DNA of 29,608 bases from Candidatus Hydrogenedentota bacterium (GCA_029974275.1 JARKSN010000153.1:1-29608), one strand, 5' to 3'. Shown: positions 19,698 through 28,545, counted from the stretch's first letter. Made by a program: numbers and translations. Notes: generated by a model not told the origin, from the letters alone.

Positions 19698-19787
19698 GGG
19701 ATTTTTTGACTGGATTGACAGGATTCAAGAGAGAAGAAGTCTTGTTCCTCTCCGAATCCGAATCCTGTCAATCCTGTCCAAAATCTC
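19698..19787. repeat. AT-rich palindromic element built from GACAGGATT units
   Basis: Arms GACTGGATTGACAGGATTC (19708-19726) and GAATCCTGTCAATCCTGTC (19760-19778), 18/19 complementary and extendable outward. Confidence 0.75.
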
Positions 19788-19814
19788 ATCTTGATCTTGT
19801 CTGCAATTCTGCGG

Positions 19815-22622
19815 CTAGCCGCCGTAATGCACCCACTTCTTGCCGAGCCAGAGTTGAAGGAGCGTAATCAACAATACGACGATGAACAGCAGCCAGGCCA
19901 TGGCGCTGGCGACGCCCATGTTCAAGAAGCGGAAAGCTTCGTTGAACAGTTTATACGCGTAGAATAGCGTCGCGTCGGCGGGGCCGCCGTCGGTCATGAT
20001 GAAGGCGGCCTCGAACACCTGAAACGCGCCGATCAATCCCATGATCAGGTTGAAGAAAATGTAGGGGCTGAGCAGCGGGATGGTGATGTGAATAAACCGC
20101 CGCACGCGATTGGCTCCGTCGATTTCGGCGGCCTCGTAGAGGGATTCGGGGATGTCCTTGAGGCCCGCCAGCCAAATGATCATCCCCGCGCCCACGCCCC
20201 ACAGACCCATAAGAATGAGCGCGGGCTTCGCCCACAGGGGATCCTGCAGCCAATTCGGCGGATTGTGAACGCCGAACGCCGCCAAGGCTTGGTTGAGCAT
20301 GCCGCGGGTGGGATCGAGAATCCACAGCCACAGAATAAAGCTGGCGACTGCCGGCACGATCGCGGGCAGGTAGTAGATGGTGCGGTAGATGTGCAGTCCG
20401 CGGACTTTTGTGTCGAGCAGCAAGGCAATCGCGAGCCCCAGCGCAATCCCGAGAGGCGCGCCGATCACCATGAACAGCGTATTCCCCAGACTCTTCCAAA
20501 ACACAGGGTCGTTCCAGACCATCGCGCCGATGACATCGTCGTAATGCCGGCCCAACAAGGAGACGTAATTGTCGAATCCCACGAAGCGCGCCGGGTTGAG
20601 CACGTCGTATTGGCAAAAACTGATGATGATCGAAAACAGAATCGGCCCCGCGCCAAACACGATGAATCCGATCAGCCACGGGCTTGCCGCCACATACCCG
20701 TCGATCCATGCCCCCCGTTTGCCGCCCGCCTCCCGGCGCTTGCGTTCTTGCCGCCACGCCATCCCGCCGAACAGGGCCGCCGTCCCGATCGCGTACGCGG
20801 CGATCAGCGCGGACCAATGCACCAACGCGCCTTGCGGCGGATTCAGGAAGCGATCGAGCGTATCCTGGACTTGCCGCTTGCCATAGTTCAGCGCGTCGTA
20901 CGGCTGCTTGACGTGGTTCAACGCGGTCTCCGCCGCACGGACATGCTCGCTCCACAGTTTCTGGCCAACCGGGGTGACGGGACGGTAGCGGCTGTTCGGC
21001 AGCAGCGCCTCAAATACGCCAAACGCCCGCTGCATGGCCGGGGACACGGCGGGATTGCCATCGACGTAGGTTTCCCGGATCCACGCCATGATCCGTTTGT
21101 CTGGGTGCATGTCCGGAAAGAACGGAAGGCCGCGCGCTCGGTTCATGGTCGCGCGATACTGGAACTGCAGTTTGTTCGCTTCGATCGAGCACAAGTGCCG
21201 CAGGAGTATCCACGCGCCTTCCTGCTGCTTCGCCGTAGCGGGAATCGCATAGGACCAGCCGCCGGTCCATCCGAGGGGTTTGGCGCCGGCGGCGAGGCGT
21301 TTTTCGGGGATGGGCGCGGCGACAGCCCGGAACCGCAATTCCGGCTTGAAGGACATCACCGTCGAGATCAGGAGGCTTGTGTCGATGCGCATGGCCACGC
21401 GCCCCACGATGAAGGGGTCCATGCCTCCGCTCATCGCCGTCTTCTGAAACACCGTCACGGGCTGGAAGCCGCCCATCGCGTCGTACGTGTCCGTCAGCCA
21501 CTGCAACGCTTCGATGATCCCCGGGTGATCAAGGGTGCACTGCGTCATGTCCGGGCTCATGAACTCGCCGCCGTTTTGCCAACCGAACATATACAGCCAA
21601 CTGTTGCCGAACATGGGAATGAAGCCCAGCGCGCTGATCTGGCCCGTCTGCGGATCGTAACGCGTCAGACGGCACACATAACTGTCCTGATCATAGACCT
21701 TCACTTCGCATCCGCCGACAAACGCCGCCGGCAGCGACCGCGCGCCCGGTCGTTGATCGCGCTCCAAGTCGATGTGGAAGGCATCGTTGCCGGCGACCGA
21801 GCGAATGCGCCCTCGGAACACGTTCGCCCCCGATACCAGCGCGACGACATCGCCTTCACGCACCCCGGCGGCCTTCAGGTCGGGCTTGGCGTCCTGCGGC
21901 GCCTCGACGTTCACCGCAGAGCGACGCACGAGATCAGCAAGGCGGACCGTGCCGTCGGCGGACGCCTGGCCCGATGCATGCAGGCGCTTGCGACACATCT
22001 CTTCCCACGTTTTAGGGGGGCGCGCATCGCCGGCCCGCGCTTGGCCCGATTGCACCTCCGGATCGTCGGTTTTGTACACGCACCCCGCGCGGATCAAGGG
22101 GTCTTCGAGGTAATACAAGGCGCGCGTGTCGACGTTGTTGGCGATGGCGTAGTTCTTGCCCCCGAATAAGGCCTCCTGCCAGGCGACAGGATAAAAATTC
22201 TCTTCGCGAATGCCGTCCGGCAGATCTTGGTCCCGGTTGATGTACGGCGTCAGATCAGCGAACGCGCCCCGGCTCGCCCATTCCACCACGGCGAACCGAT
22301 CGAAGTAGATCAAGTCCGGCGGCACGCCGCCTGCCACGCCCAGCAAAAAACGGGTCGGATCGCCCGTGGCATCGCGCGCAGTGACCGAGCCCATGCGGAC
22401 GCGATACTCGGGATGTTGTTTCTCGAAGTCCTCGATGAGCGGCTTGAACGAATCGAAGAGCGTTGGCTCCGGCGGCAGCCACATCGTGAGTTCAACCGCG
22501 TCCTGTCGGGCTGTGTGCTGTGTGGGGCGCGGGTATAGAAACCAGGCGACCGCGAGGCTCGCCGCCACTACGGCCCAAATCGCGCAACTGTGCGTGTCAA
22601 AACGGTCTCTCCAGGAAACCAT
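19815..22622 (-). CDS. Fusion of family-1 solute-binding protein and carbohydrate ABC permease (MalF-like)
   Basis: N-part AGGVPPDLIYFDR, DTRALYY, PPKTWEE, GGWSYAIP; C-part YRTIYYLPAIVP, IPESLYEAAEIDGA, MGVASAMAW; single uninterrupted frame with GGAGG RBS. Confidence 0.92.
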   Translation of the reverse strand: MVSWRDRFDTHSCAIWAVVAASLAVAWFLYPRPTQHTARQDAVELTMWLPPEPTLFDSFKPLIEDFEKQHPEYRVRMGSVTARDATGDPTRFLLGVAGGVPPDLIYFDRFAVVEWASRGAFADLTPYINRDQDLPDGIREENFYPVAWQEALFGGKNYAIANNVDTRALYYLEDPLIRAGCVYKTDDPEVQSGQARAGDARPPKTWEEMCRKRLHASGQASADGTVRLADLVRRSAVNVEAPQDAKPDLKAAGVREGDVVALVSGANVFRGRIRSVAGNDAFHIDLERDQRPGARSLPAAFVGGCEVKVYDQDSYVCRLTRYDPQTGQISALGFIPMFGNSWLYMFGWQNGGEFMSPDMTQCTLDHPGIIEALQWLTDTYDAMGGFQPVTVFQKTAMSGGMDPFIVGRVAMRIDTSLLISTVMSFKPELRFRAVAAPIPEKRLAAGAKPLGWTGGWSYAIPATAKQQEGAWILLRHLCSIEANKLQFQYRATMNRARGLPFFPDMHPDKRIMAWIRETYVDGNPAVSPAMQRAFGVFEALLPNSRYRPVTPVGQKLWSEHVRAAETALNHVKQPYDALNYGKRQVQDTLDRFLNPPQGALVHWSALIAAYAIGTAALFGGMAWRQERKRREAGGKRGAWIDGYVAASPWLIGFIVFGAGPILFSIIISFCQYDVLNPARFVGFDNYVSLLGRHYDDVIGAMVWNDPVFWKSLGNTLFMVIGAPLGIALGLAIALLLDTKVRGLHIYRTIYYLPAIVPAVASFILWLWILDPTRGMLNQALAAFGVHNPPNWLQDPLWAKPALILMGLWGVGAGMIIWLAGLKDIPESLYEAAEIDGANRVRRFIHITIPLLSPYIFFNLIMGLIGAFQVFEAAFIMTDGGPADATLFYAYKLFNEAFRFLNMGVASAMAWLLFIVVLLITLLQLWLGKKWVHYGG

Positions 22623-22719
22623 GCCGCCTCCCCCTGTCTCCCTTCGGTTTCCCGAGGAGACACCTCCCCGCGGCGATCATTGCGGCGGTCTCGTTTGGCG
22701 CTGCCGGTCTCGGCACTCC

Positions 22720-23085
22720 TCAATCGCCCAATAATCCCTTGAAGCGATCGAGGCGATCGGCCTCGGCGCGGGCGGCACTCGGCCCCAAAAGCGTTTCGAT
22801 CGCGTTTCTGGCTTTCTCGCTCTCGCCCGCGTCGGCTTGGGCGGCGCCGGCATCCCGAAACTCGAACTCGTCGCAAAAATTCGCCCCGGCTTTGTCGCCC
22901 ACCCACTCCGTCGTGCCAATGGCGCATTGGTTATGCTTGGCGGGATCGTAGTGACGGCAATTCAGACAACAATGCAGATACGCCGAACAACCGTCGCAAA
23001 AATCTTTCACCCCCGGCTGTTTTTTTTCTGCCGCCCATTCCCGGCCGCATCGATGACATCGCTTCATATCGAAAGAGTACGTCAT
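22720..23085 (-). CDS. Small Cys-rich putative metal-binding protein of unknown function
   Basis: CHRC, CDGC, HCCLNCRHYD, NQC, KAGANFCDEF; start at ATG 23085 or 23067. Confidence 0.82.
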   Translation of the reverse strand: MTYSFDMKRCHRCGREWAAEKKQPGVKDFCDGCSAYLHCCLNCRHYDPAKHNQCAIGTTEWVGDKAGANFCDEFEFRDAGAAQADAGESEKARNAIETLLGPSAARAEADRLDRFKGLLGD

Positions 23086-23165
23086 TGTTTTTGACGATTC
23101 AATCGGCGCGGTTTCCGTGTTTTTGAACCTGCCTGCGTTGACGATGCCGGGTATTCGGGAGTTCG

Positions 23166-23194
23166 TTGACAAAATTACGGGAAGCGCCTATAGT
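23166..23194 (+). promoter_or_regulatory. Near-consensus sigma70 promoter of the secreted repeat protein
   Basis: TTGACA-17 bp-TATAGT; the ORF-track TTG start at 23166 is the -35 box itself. Confidence 0.8.
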
Positions 23195-23390
23195 GAATAC
23201 GAAACAATGGTTCAGCGCAGACAGGAATTCGGGGAGATCGAGGGGAAGGTTGCGCGTCGTGGCGCATGCGGACGGCGAACAAGACGAGAGCGCCGGGGCA
23301 TCGCGCGTGGCCGCGCGTACAGGGGAACGAATGCGCAGGCACGCGCGATCGTCGTCCCTACAATGCCAGATTATGAAAGGGCGTAACGTC

Positions 23391-26108
23391 ATGAAACCAT
23401 CCTTTTGTTTGCGGCATGGCAGTCGATTTCACGCGCTTTTCTCGCATAGGCAACGCCAAAGCCGGTGGACGCGAGGGATGGCGATCGTGTGGATCCTTCT
23501 CGTGGCGGGCATCGCTCCGACGGCATGGGGATGGACCACCCCCGCCTCCGTTGTCACGTGGTCGGCGACTACGTTGGACGGCGTTCCGGGCGCTTCCCAA
23601 GCCTTGGATACGGTCACCGATGCGGCCGGCGTTCAGCATTGGGCGTACGTGCGCGTCTCCCAGCAGCAGGCGGGATCCACCATCACCACGGTGTCCGAAG
23701 TGCATTGCGGGAACAGCCAAGGGCAGGATTTCATCGTGCAGTCCGCCGTGCAAACCATCGTGATGGGCCAACCCACGACGTATTCGGGCGCTGTTTTGGG
23801 CAAGCCCTCCGTGACGGTGGATGCGAACAACGTGTACGTGGGATATATGGAGAGCTTGCCCGACGTCACGGGTGATCCCTTCACGACGTCGGTCAAATTG
23901 GAAATGAAAGAAATCGGCGCCGCGTCGTTTTCGCCCTTGCCCGCGACCAACTCCGTCTGGGTCGCTTCGAATATATATGATCACAGCGCCGCCGATGCGC
24001 AATCGCTGGACATCGCCGTAGACGGCGACGGCGTTTTGCACTGGACGTATATGCGGACCGCCGAAAGCTTTCTTCCCACGCAATCCATCAAGACGACCAC
24101 AATCCGGTATGGCAATAACGCCGGAGCCGGCGAAGACTCCGAGGTGCTTACCGCCACATACACCGGCACGGGAAAGAGTCAGGCGATAGGGACGAGCGTC
24201 TCGGGAGCCGTGCTGGGGCAGCCGACCCTCGCCCTCGCGGACGGCACGCTGTATCTGGGTTTCTGGCGCAGCGTTCCTGACATTACGGGCGCAACGTTCA
24301 CCAACGGCGTTTTGTTGACGACGCGCGCCGGCGGCTCTTTCGCGACGCCCGTGAGCGTGGGCCAAACGTGGATGTCGATCGTGAGGGACAGCGCAACCGG
24401 AACGGATCCGTTGGCGTCGTCCCAAACATTGGACCTTGCCGTGGAAACCGGCGGCGTCGTTCACTGGGTGTTTCGGCGAACGGAGGGAACCCAGACCCCC
24501 ACCACCTTCTCCGTCACCACCAAGATCGAATACGCCAACAGCCTGGGCGAGGCGGAAATGATCCGCCAGGAAGTTTTTTCGGGGCCGCTGCCGCCGGGAC
24601 CGCCGTTCACCGGCAATTTGATTGGCAAGCCGTCCATATCCCTCGCGCCCGACAGCGCATTGCGCGTGGCGTACCTGAGGACCTCCGCTTCCGGCGCCGT
24701 GAGCACCGATATCATGTTGACGTCCAAAGCCTCGACCGCTCCCCGGTATACGCTCACGCTGCAACGCAATCCCGCCATTGGCGGCTCCATCAACGCATCG
24801 CCCCTGCCGGATGTGGACGGCAAATACGCAAGCGGCCAAGTCGTCACCCTGACGGCCGTCGCGAACTCGGGATATCAGTTCGATTCGTGGTCGGGCGTGG
24901 ATTCGCAGAACGGGAACAGCGCCACGGTAGTCATGAACAATGACAAGACCGTGACGGCGGCGTTCGCGCTCCTGCCAACGCCGCGGTACGTGCTGACCCT
25001 TACGACGTTGCCCGCCGCTGGCGGCAGCATTACGCCGACGCCCGCCCCCGGACAGGACGGCAGGTACGATGAGGGGCAAACCGTCAATTTGCATGCGGTC
25101 CCCAACGTCGGTTACCTGTTCGTTTCCTGGACAGGCGCGGACGCCTCGAACGACGCCGATGCGACCGTCGTCATGACGGGAGACCGGACCGTTACGGCGA
25201 CGTTTGCGTTGATAGAGCCTCCTCGTTTCACGTTGACGTTGACAACGATCCCGTTGGCAGGCGGCAGCATTACGCCGACGCCCGGCCCCGGCCAAGACGG
25301 CAAATACCCTCAGGGGGAAACCGTCGCCCTGCAGGCCGTCCCCAACGCCGGCTACCAGTTCGTTTCCTGGACAGACGTGGATTCCTCAAACGGCCCCAAT
25401 GCGGCCGTGGCCATGACCGGGGCTCGAACCGTCACGGCGACATTCGCGCTTATCCAGGATCCTCGCGTCACGTTGACGCTGACCGCGAGTCCGACGGCGG
25501 GAGGCGTGATCAACCCGGCGCCAGGTCCAGGCTTGGATGGCAAATACGACCGGGGACAGAGCGTCAACCTCCAAGCCGTCCCCAACACGGGCTATCAATT
25601 CGTCTCCTGGTCGGGCGTGGACATTTCTTCGGGCGCCGACGCCACGGTCATCATGAACGGCGATCGGACCGTGAGCGCCGTTTTCACCCCGATTCAACAG
25701 GGACGCTACATGCTTACGCTGCAAACGTATCCCCCAAGCGCCGGCGTCATCACCCCCAGTCAGCCGACGGGACAAGACGGGCTGTATCCATCGGGCGCAA
25801 CGCTTTCGCTGACGGCGACCGCGGCGCCCCTGTACAAGTTCGTCAGTTGGCAAGGCGTGGACGCCGCCAGCGGGAAAGTGGCCACGGTCGTCATGAACGG
25901 CGACCGGGTGGTGACGGCGCTCTTCGTGGGATATCGTGACGCAGCGGACGTGAACGGCGATCTCTCATGGGATGCGGTCGACGTGCAACTCGTCATCAAC
26001 GCGGCCCTCAACCTGCCCGTGGGGTTGGACTGCGACATTGACGGCAACGGCGGAGTCGACGCAGTCGACGTGCAACTCGCGATCAACGCCGCCCTGCGCG
26101 TTCTATAG
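23391..26108 (+). CDS. Large secreted/surface protein: 3 unrecognised N-terminal repeats, 5 InlB B-repeat-like domains, C-terminal dockerin-like module
   Basis: Signal peptide ending AWG; repeats visible in translation; YxF(V/D)SW motif in each 80-aa unit; paired DxxGx..DAVDVQLxINAAL; GAAAGGG upstream of ATG 23391 (ATG 23478 is an alternative). Confidence 0.88.
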   Translation: MKPSFCLRHGSRFHALFSHRQRQSRWTRGMAIVWILLVAGIAPTAWGWTTPASVVTWSATTLDGVPGASQALDTVTDAAGVQHWAYVRVSQQQAGSTITTVSEVHCGNSQGQDFIVQSAVQTIVMGQPTTYSGAVLGKPSVTVDANNVYVGYMESLPDVTGDPFTTSVKLEMKEIGAASFSPLPATNSVWVASNIYDHSAADAQSLDIAVDGDGVLHWTYMRTAESFLPTQSIKTTTIRYGNNAGAGEDSEVLTATYTGTGKSQAIGTSVSGAVLGQPTLALADGTLYLGFWRSVPDITGATFTNGVLLTTRAGGSFATPVSVGQTWMSIVRDSATGTDPLASSQTLDLAVETGGVVHWVFRRTEGTQTPTTFSVTTKIEYANSLGEAEMIRQEVFSGPLPPGPPFTGNLIGKPSISLAPDSALRVAYLRTSASGAVSTDIMLTSKASTAPRYTLTLQRNPAIGGSINASPLPDVDGKYASGQVVTLTAVANSGYQFDSWSGVDSQNGNSATVVMNNDKTVTAAFALLPTPRYVLTLTTLPAAGGSITPTPAPGQDGRYDEGQTVNLHAVPNVGYLFVSWTGADASNDADATVVMTGDRTVTATFALIEPPRFTLTLTTIPLAGGSITPTPGPGQDGKYPQGETVALQAVPNAGYQFVSWTDVDSSNGPNAAVAMTGARTVTATFALIQDPRVTLTLTASPTAGGVINPAPGPGLDGKYDRGQSVNLQAVPNTGYQFVSWSGVDISSGADATVIMNGDRTVSAVFTPIQQGRYMLTLQTYPPSAGVITPSQPTGQDGLYPSGATLSLTATAAPLYKFVSWQGVDAASGKVATVVMNGDRVVTALFVGYRDAADVNGDLSWDAVDVQLVINAALNLPVGLDCDIDGNGGVDAVDVQLAINAALRVL
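24744..25943 (+). repeat. Five tandem 240-nt (80-aa) intragenic repeats
   Basis: Units start at 24744, 24984, 25224, 25464 and 25704 (RYTLTL, RYVLTL, RFTLTL, RVTLTL, RYMLTL), exact 240-nt period. Confidence 0.92.
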
Positions 26109-26151
26109 CGGCCCCGGTTTCGGCGAATAGAGCGCGGCGCCCGGCGTGCGC

Positions 26152-27162
26152 TTATTCCATGCGTCGCATCAGCGCCTCGGCGAATTCCCGGGTGCCGGCG
26201 ACGCCGCCAATGTCGCGCGTGAGTTCGTCGGGGCGTCGATCCCGGAGAACTTTGTCGTAAGCGTCTCGGATCCGCGCCGCCGCATCGGTTTCGCCGAGGT
26301 GGTTGAGCATCATCACGCCGCTCATGATGATCGCCAACGGATTGGCGATGTTTTGCCCCGCAATGTCGGGCGCGCTGCCGTGGACCGCTTCGAACACGGC
26401 GCAATCGTCTCCAATGTTCGATCCGGGCACGACGCCCAACCCTCCCACGAGCCCCGCGCACAAATCGCTGATGACATCGCCGTACAAATTTTCGAGCAGC
26501 AGAATATCGAAACGCGCAGGGTCGCGCACCAGCTGCATGCAGCCGTTGTCGATGATGAGCTCTTCGTATTCAATATCGGGACCGTACGCATCGCGCATCG
26601 CCCGGGCGCACTCCAAAAACAGGCCGTCGGACATCTTCATGATATTGGCTTTGTGAAACACCGCGACCCGCTTCCGGCGCCGCGTGTGCGCGTAATGAAA
26701 GGCGAACCGGGCGATCCGCTCGCAGGCGGTCCGCGTCGCGACCTTCAGGCTTGTCACGACCCCGGGCACAATCTCGTTCTCGATGCCGGAGTAGAGTCCC
26801 TCCGTGTTCTCGCGGATGACCACCAATTCGACATTCTCGTAACGCGTTTTGACGCCGGGCATGCTGCGCACCGGACGCACGGCGGCGTACAGATTGAGTT
26901 TTTTGCGCAACTGCACGTTGACGCTTTTGAAGCCTTTTCCGATCGGCGTCGTGACCGGACCCTTCAGCGCGATCTTGTGACGCTGGATGGCTTCAAGCGT
27001 TTCCGCCGGAAGAACATCGCCGTATTGTGCCGCGGCGGCCGCGCCCGCAGGCAACACCTCCCACGCGATGGATGCGCCGGACGCCTCAATCACGCGCCGC
27101 GCCGCTTCGGCCACTTCCGGGCCGATCCCGTCTCCCGGAATCAAACATGCTGTATGCGTCAT
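26152..27162 (-). CDS. Isocitrate/isopropylmalate dehydrogenase family enzyme, probably NAD-dependent isocitrate dehydrogenase
   Basis: PGDGIGPEV, KSVNVQLRK (SxNxxLR), RENTEGLY, HKANIMK, NLYGDVISD, FEAVHGSAPDIAG; AGGAG RBS supports ATG 27162. Confidence 0.9.
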   Translation of the reverse strand: MTHTACLIPGDGIGPEVAEAARRVIEASGASIAWEVLPAGAAAAAQYGDVLPAETLEAIQRHKIALKGPVTTPIGKGFKSVNVQLRKKLNLYAAVRPVRSMPGVKTRYENVELVVIRENTEGLYSGIENEIVPGVVTSLKVATRTACERIARFAFHYAHTRRRKRVAVFHKANIMKMSDGLFLECARAMRDAYGPDIEYEELIIDNGCMQLVRDPARFDILLLENLYGDVISDLCAGLVGGLGVVPGSNIGDDCAVFEAVHGSAPDIAGQNIANPLAIIMSGVMMLNHLGETDAAARIRDAYDKVLRDRRPDELTRDIGGVAGTREFAEALMRRME

Positions 27163-27229
27163 GCCGCCGTCTCCTGTTGCGATAACCATTCCCGAAACGT
27201 CCTGATTCGCCGCGGCATTCCGCTTCGCG

Positions 27230-27997
27230 TCAGGAAGCGTCCGCCGCCACGCCTTTTCCACGCATGACGGCATCGAGCCAAGTGATCAGTTGGCTCCGCG
27301 CGCTGTCCGACGCATCCAACAGATCCGTGCCGTGCGCGCCGCCTGGATATTGACGCCACTCACAGTGCCCCGGAGCGATTTCCTTCAAGCGTGCGCACGA
27401 AGACGCCGAGTAGCCGTCGCCATCGGACGCCATCAGCAGGCTCGGGCGCTTGCCGTATGCGATCATGGCTTGTTCGATCGCAACGCCGTGATAATCAAGA
27501 CCCGGAGAGATAAGGATGACCGCGGGCGCGTCGCCGTGCACCGCAGCATACCGGAGCGCGAGATTGGCTCCAATGCTGGCGCCTGCCAAGGCGATGTTGG
27601 CGGCGTTGGCTCCGCGATCGATCAGCCCGCGCTTCGCGGCGTCGATATCGCGCAAAACGCCCATCCATTCCTCGGTCGTGAACGCGCGAAACGAAAGCGT
27701 CTTTCCCTGCTGCTGTGCGCTGTCGCCGTGTCCGCGCATGTCAATCGCCATGCAGGCGTACCCCGCGCGCTGCAATTGAGGCGCAAGCCCGGCCCAGCGG
27801 CTTCTGTCCGATCCCAGCATATGGACCAGGATCACGCCCGGAGCCTTGGACTCCGTGGAAGGATAATGCGTCGCGGCAATGCGAACGCCATCGCCCGCGT
27901 CTAGCATCACGTCCTGCGCGGAGCCGTGGATAGCGTCCACGCGTCCGCATCCAGAGAAACTCGCCGCAAGACCGATAAGCGCTGCGACAAAACGCAT
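27230..27997 (-). CDS. Alpha/beta hydrolase, putative lipoprotein
   Basis: Lipobox-like FSG-C, DMRGHG, nucleophile elbow GASIG, candidate Asp in DGDGY and His in AHGT; AAGGAGG RBS. Confidence 0.88.
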   Translation of the reverse strand: MRFVAALIGLAASFSGCGRVDAIHGSAQDVMLDAGDGVRIAATHYPSTESKAPGVILVHMLGSDRSRWAGLAPQLQRAGYACMAIDMRGHGDSAQQQGKTLSFRAFTTEEWMGVLRDIDAAKRGLIDRGANAANIALAGASIGANLALRYAAVHGDAPAVILISPGLDYHGVAIEQAMIAYGKRPSLLMASDGDGYSASSCARLKEIAPGHCEWRQYPGGAHGTDLLDASDSARSQLITWLDAVMRGKGVAADAS

Positions 27998-28028
27998 CGC
28001 CGCCTCCTTTCGCGCGCGCCGGAAACGA

Positions 28029-28352
28029 TCAAGGCTGCAGAAAAGCCTGTAATTTCAAGGCGAGACTCACATCCCCTTGCAGTTTCAGACGGCCCGACAG
28101 AAAAGCCATCTGGCCGCTGAGCTTTCCGGAAACCATATCGATCCAATCGGACGCCGTCGTCGTGACGGTGATGTCGGGATTCGCCGCATCGCCTTGCCAG
28201 ACCTGCGCAATGCCGTCATCGATGGCGACAACCCAACGGCAATCGCCGGCATCATCTCCGATGAGATTGAATTGATACGTGGCGCACATGCCGCTGATGC
28301 GCTCCGGATTGATCCGCGAGGCGAGCCCTTCAAAGAACTCCGTTGCCGTCAT
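28029..28352 (-). CDS. SCP2 sterol/lipid-binding domain protein
   Basis: ATYQFNL, PDITVT, GKLSGQMAFLSGRLKLQGDVSLALKL. Confidence 0.9.
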   Translation of the reverse strand: MTATEFFEGLASRINPERISGMCATYQFNLIGDDAGDCRWVVAIDDGIAQVWQGDAANPDITVTTTASDWIDMVSGKLSGQMAFLSGRLKLQGDVSLALKLQAFLQP

Positions 28353-28454
28353 GACGCTTTCTCTCCCGTTCGATGGAAACGCCCTTGTTCGCTTTTGCCC
28401 TTTGTTTATGGGCTTCTTGCGGCGCCCCGCGCGCGCGTGCGGAGCGATGGATTC

Positions 28455-28483
28455 AATCTAACACAGGCGCTCGATCGCGTCAA
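28455..28483 (-). promoter_or_regulatory. Sigma70-type promoter of the SCP2-hydrolase(-dehydrogenase) unit
   Basis: TTGACG-17 bp-TAGATT with TGn extension on the minus strand. Confidence 0.65.
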
Positions 28484-28545
28484 TGCACGATCGCGCATAG
28501 CGAGAGATCGATCCGCGCACACGGTGATGAAAGAAACGCGATTAG

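Noticed and set aside
20088..22169. 693-aa plus-strand ORF and similar long shadows (13237-14802, 23358-25295, 12432-13661, 5217-6272, 26146-27267)
   Set aside because: Overlap well-supported genes on the opposite strand, with no family motifs
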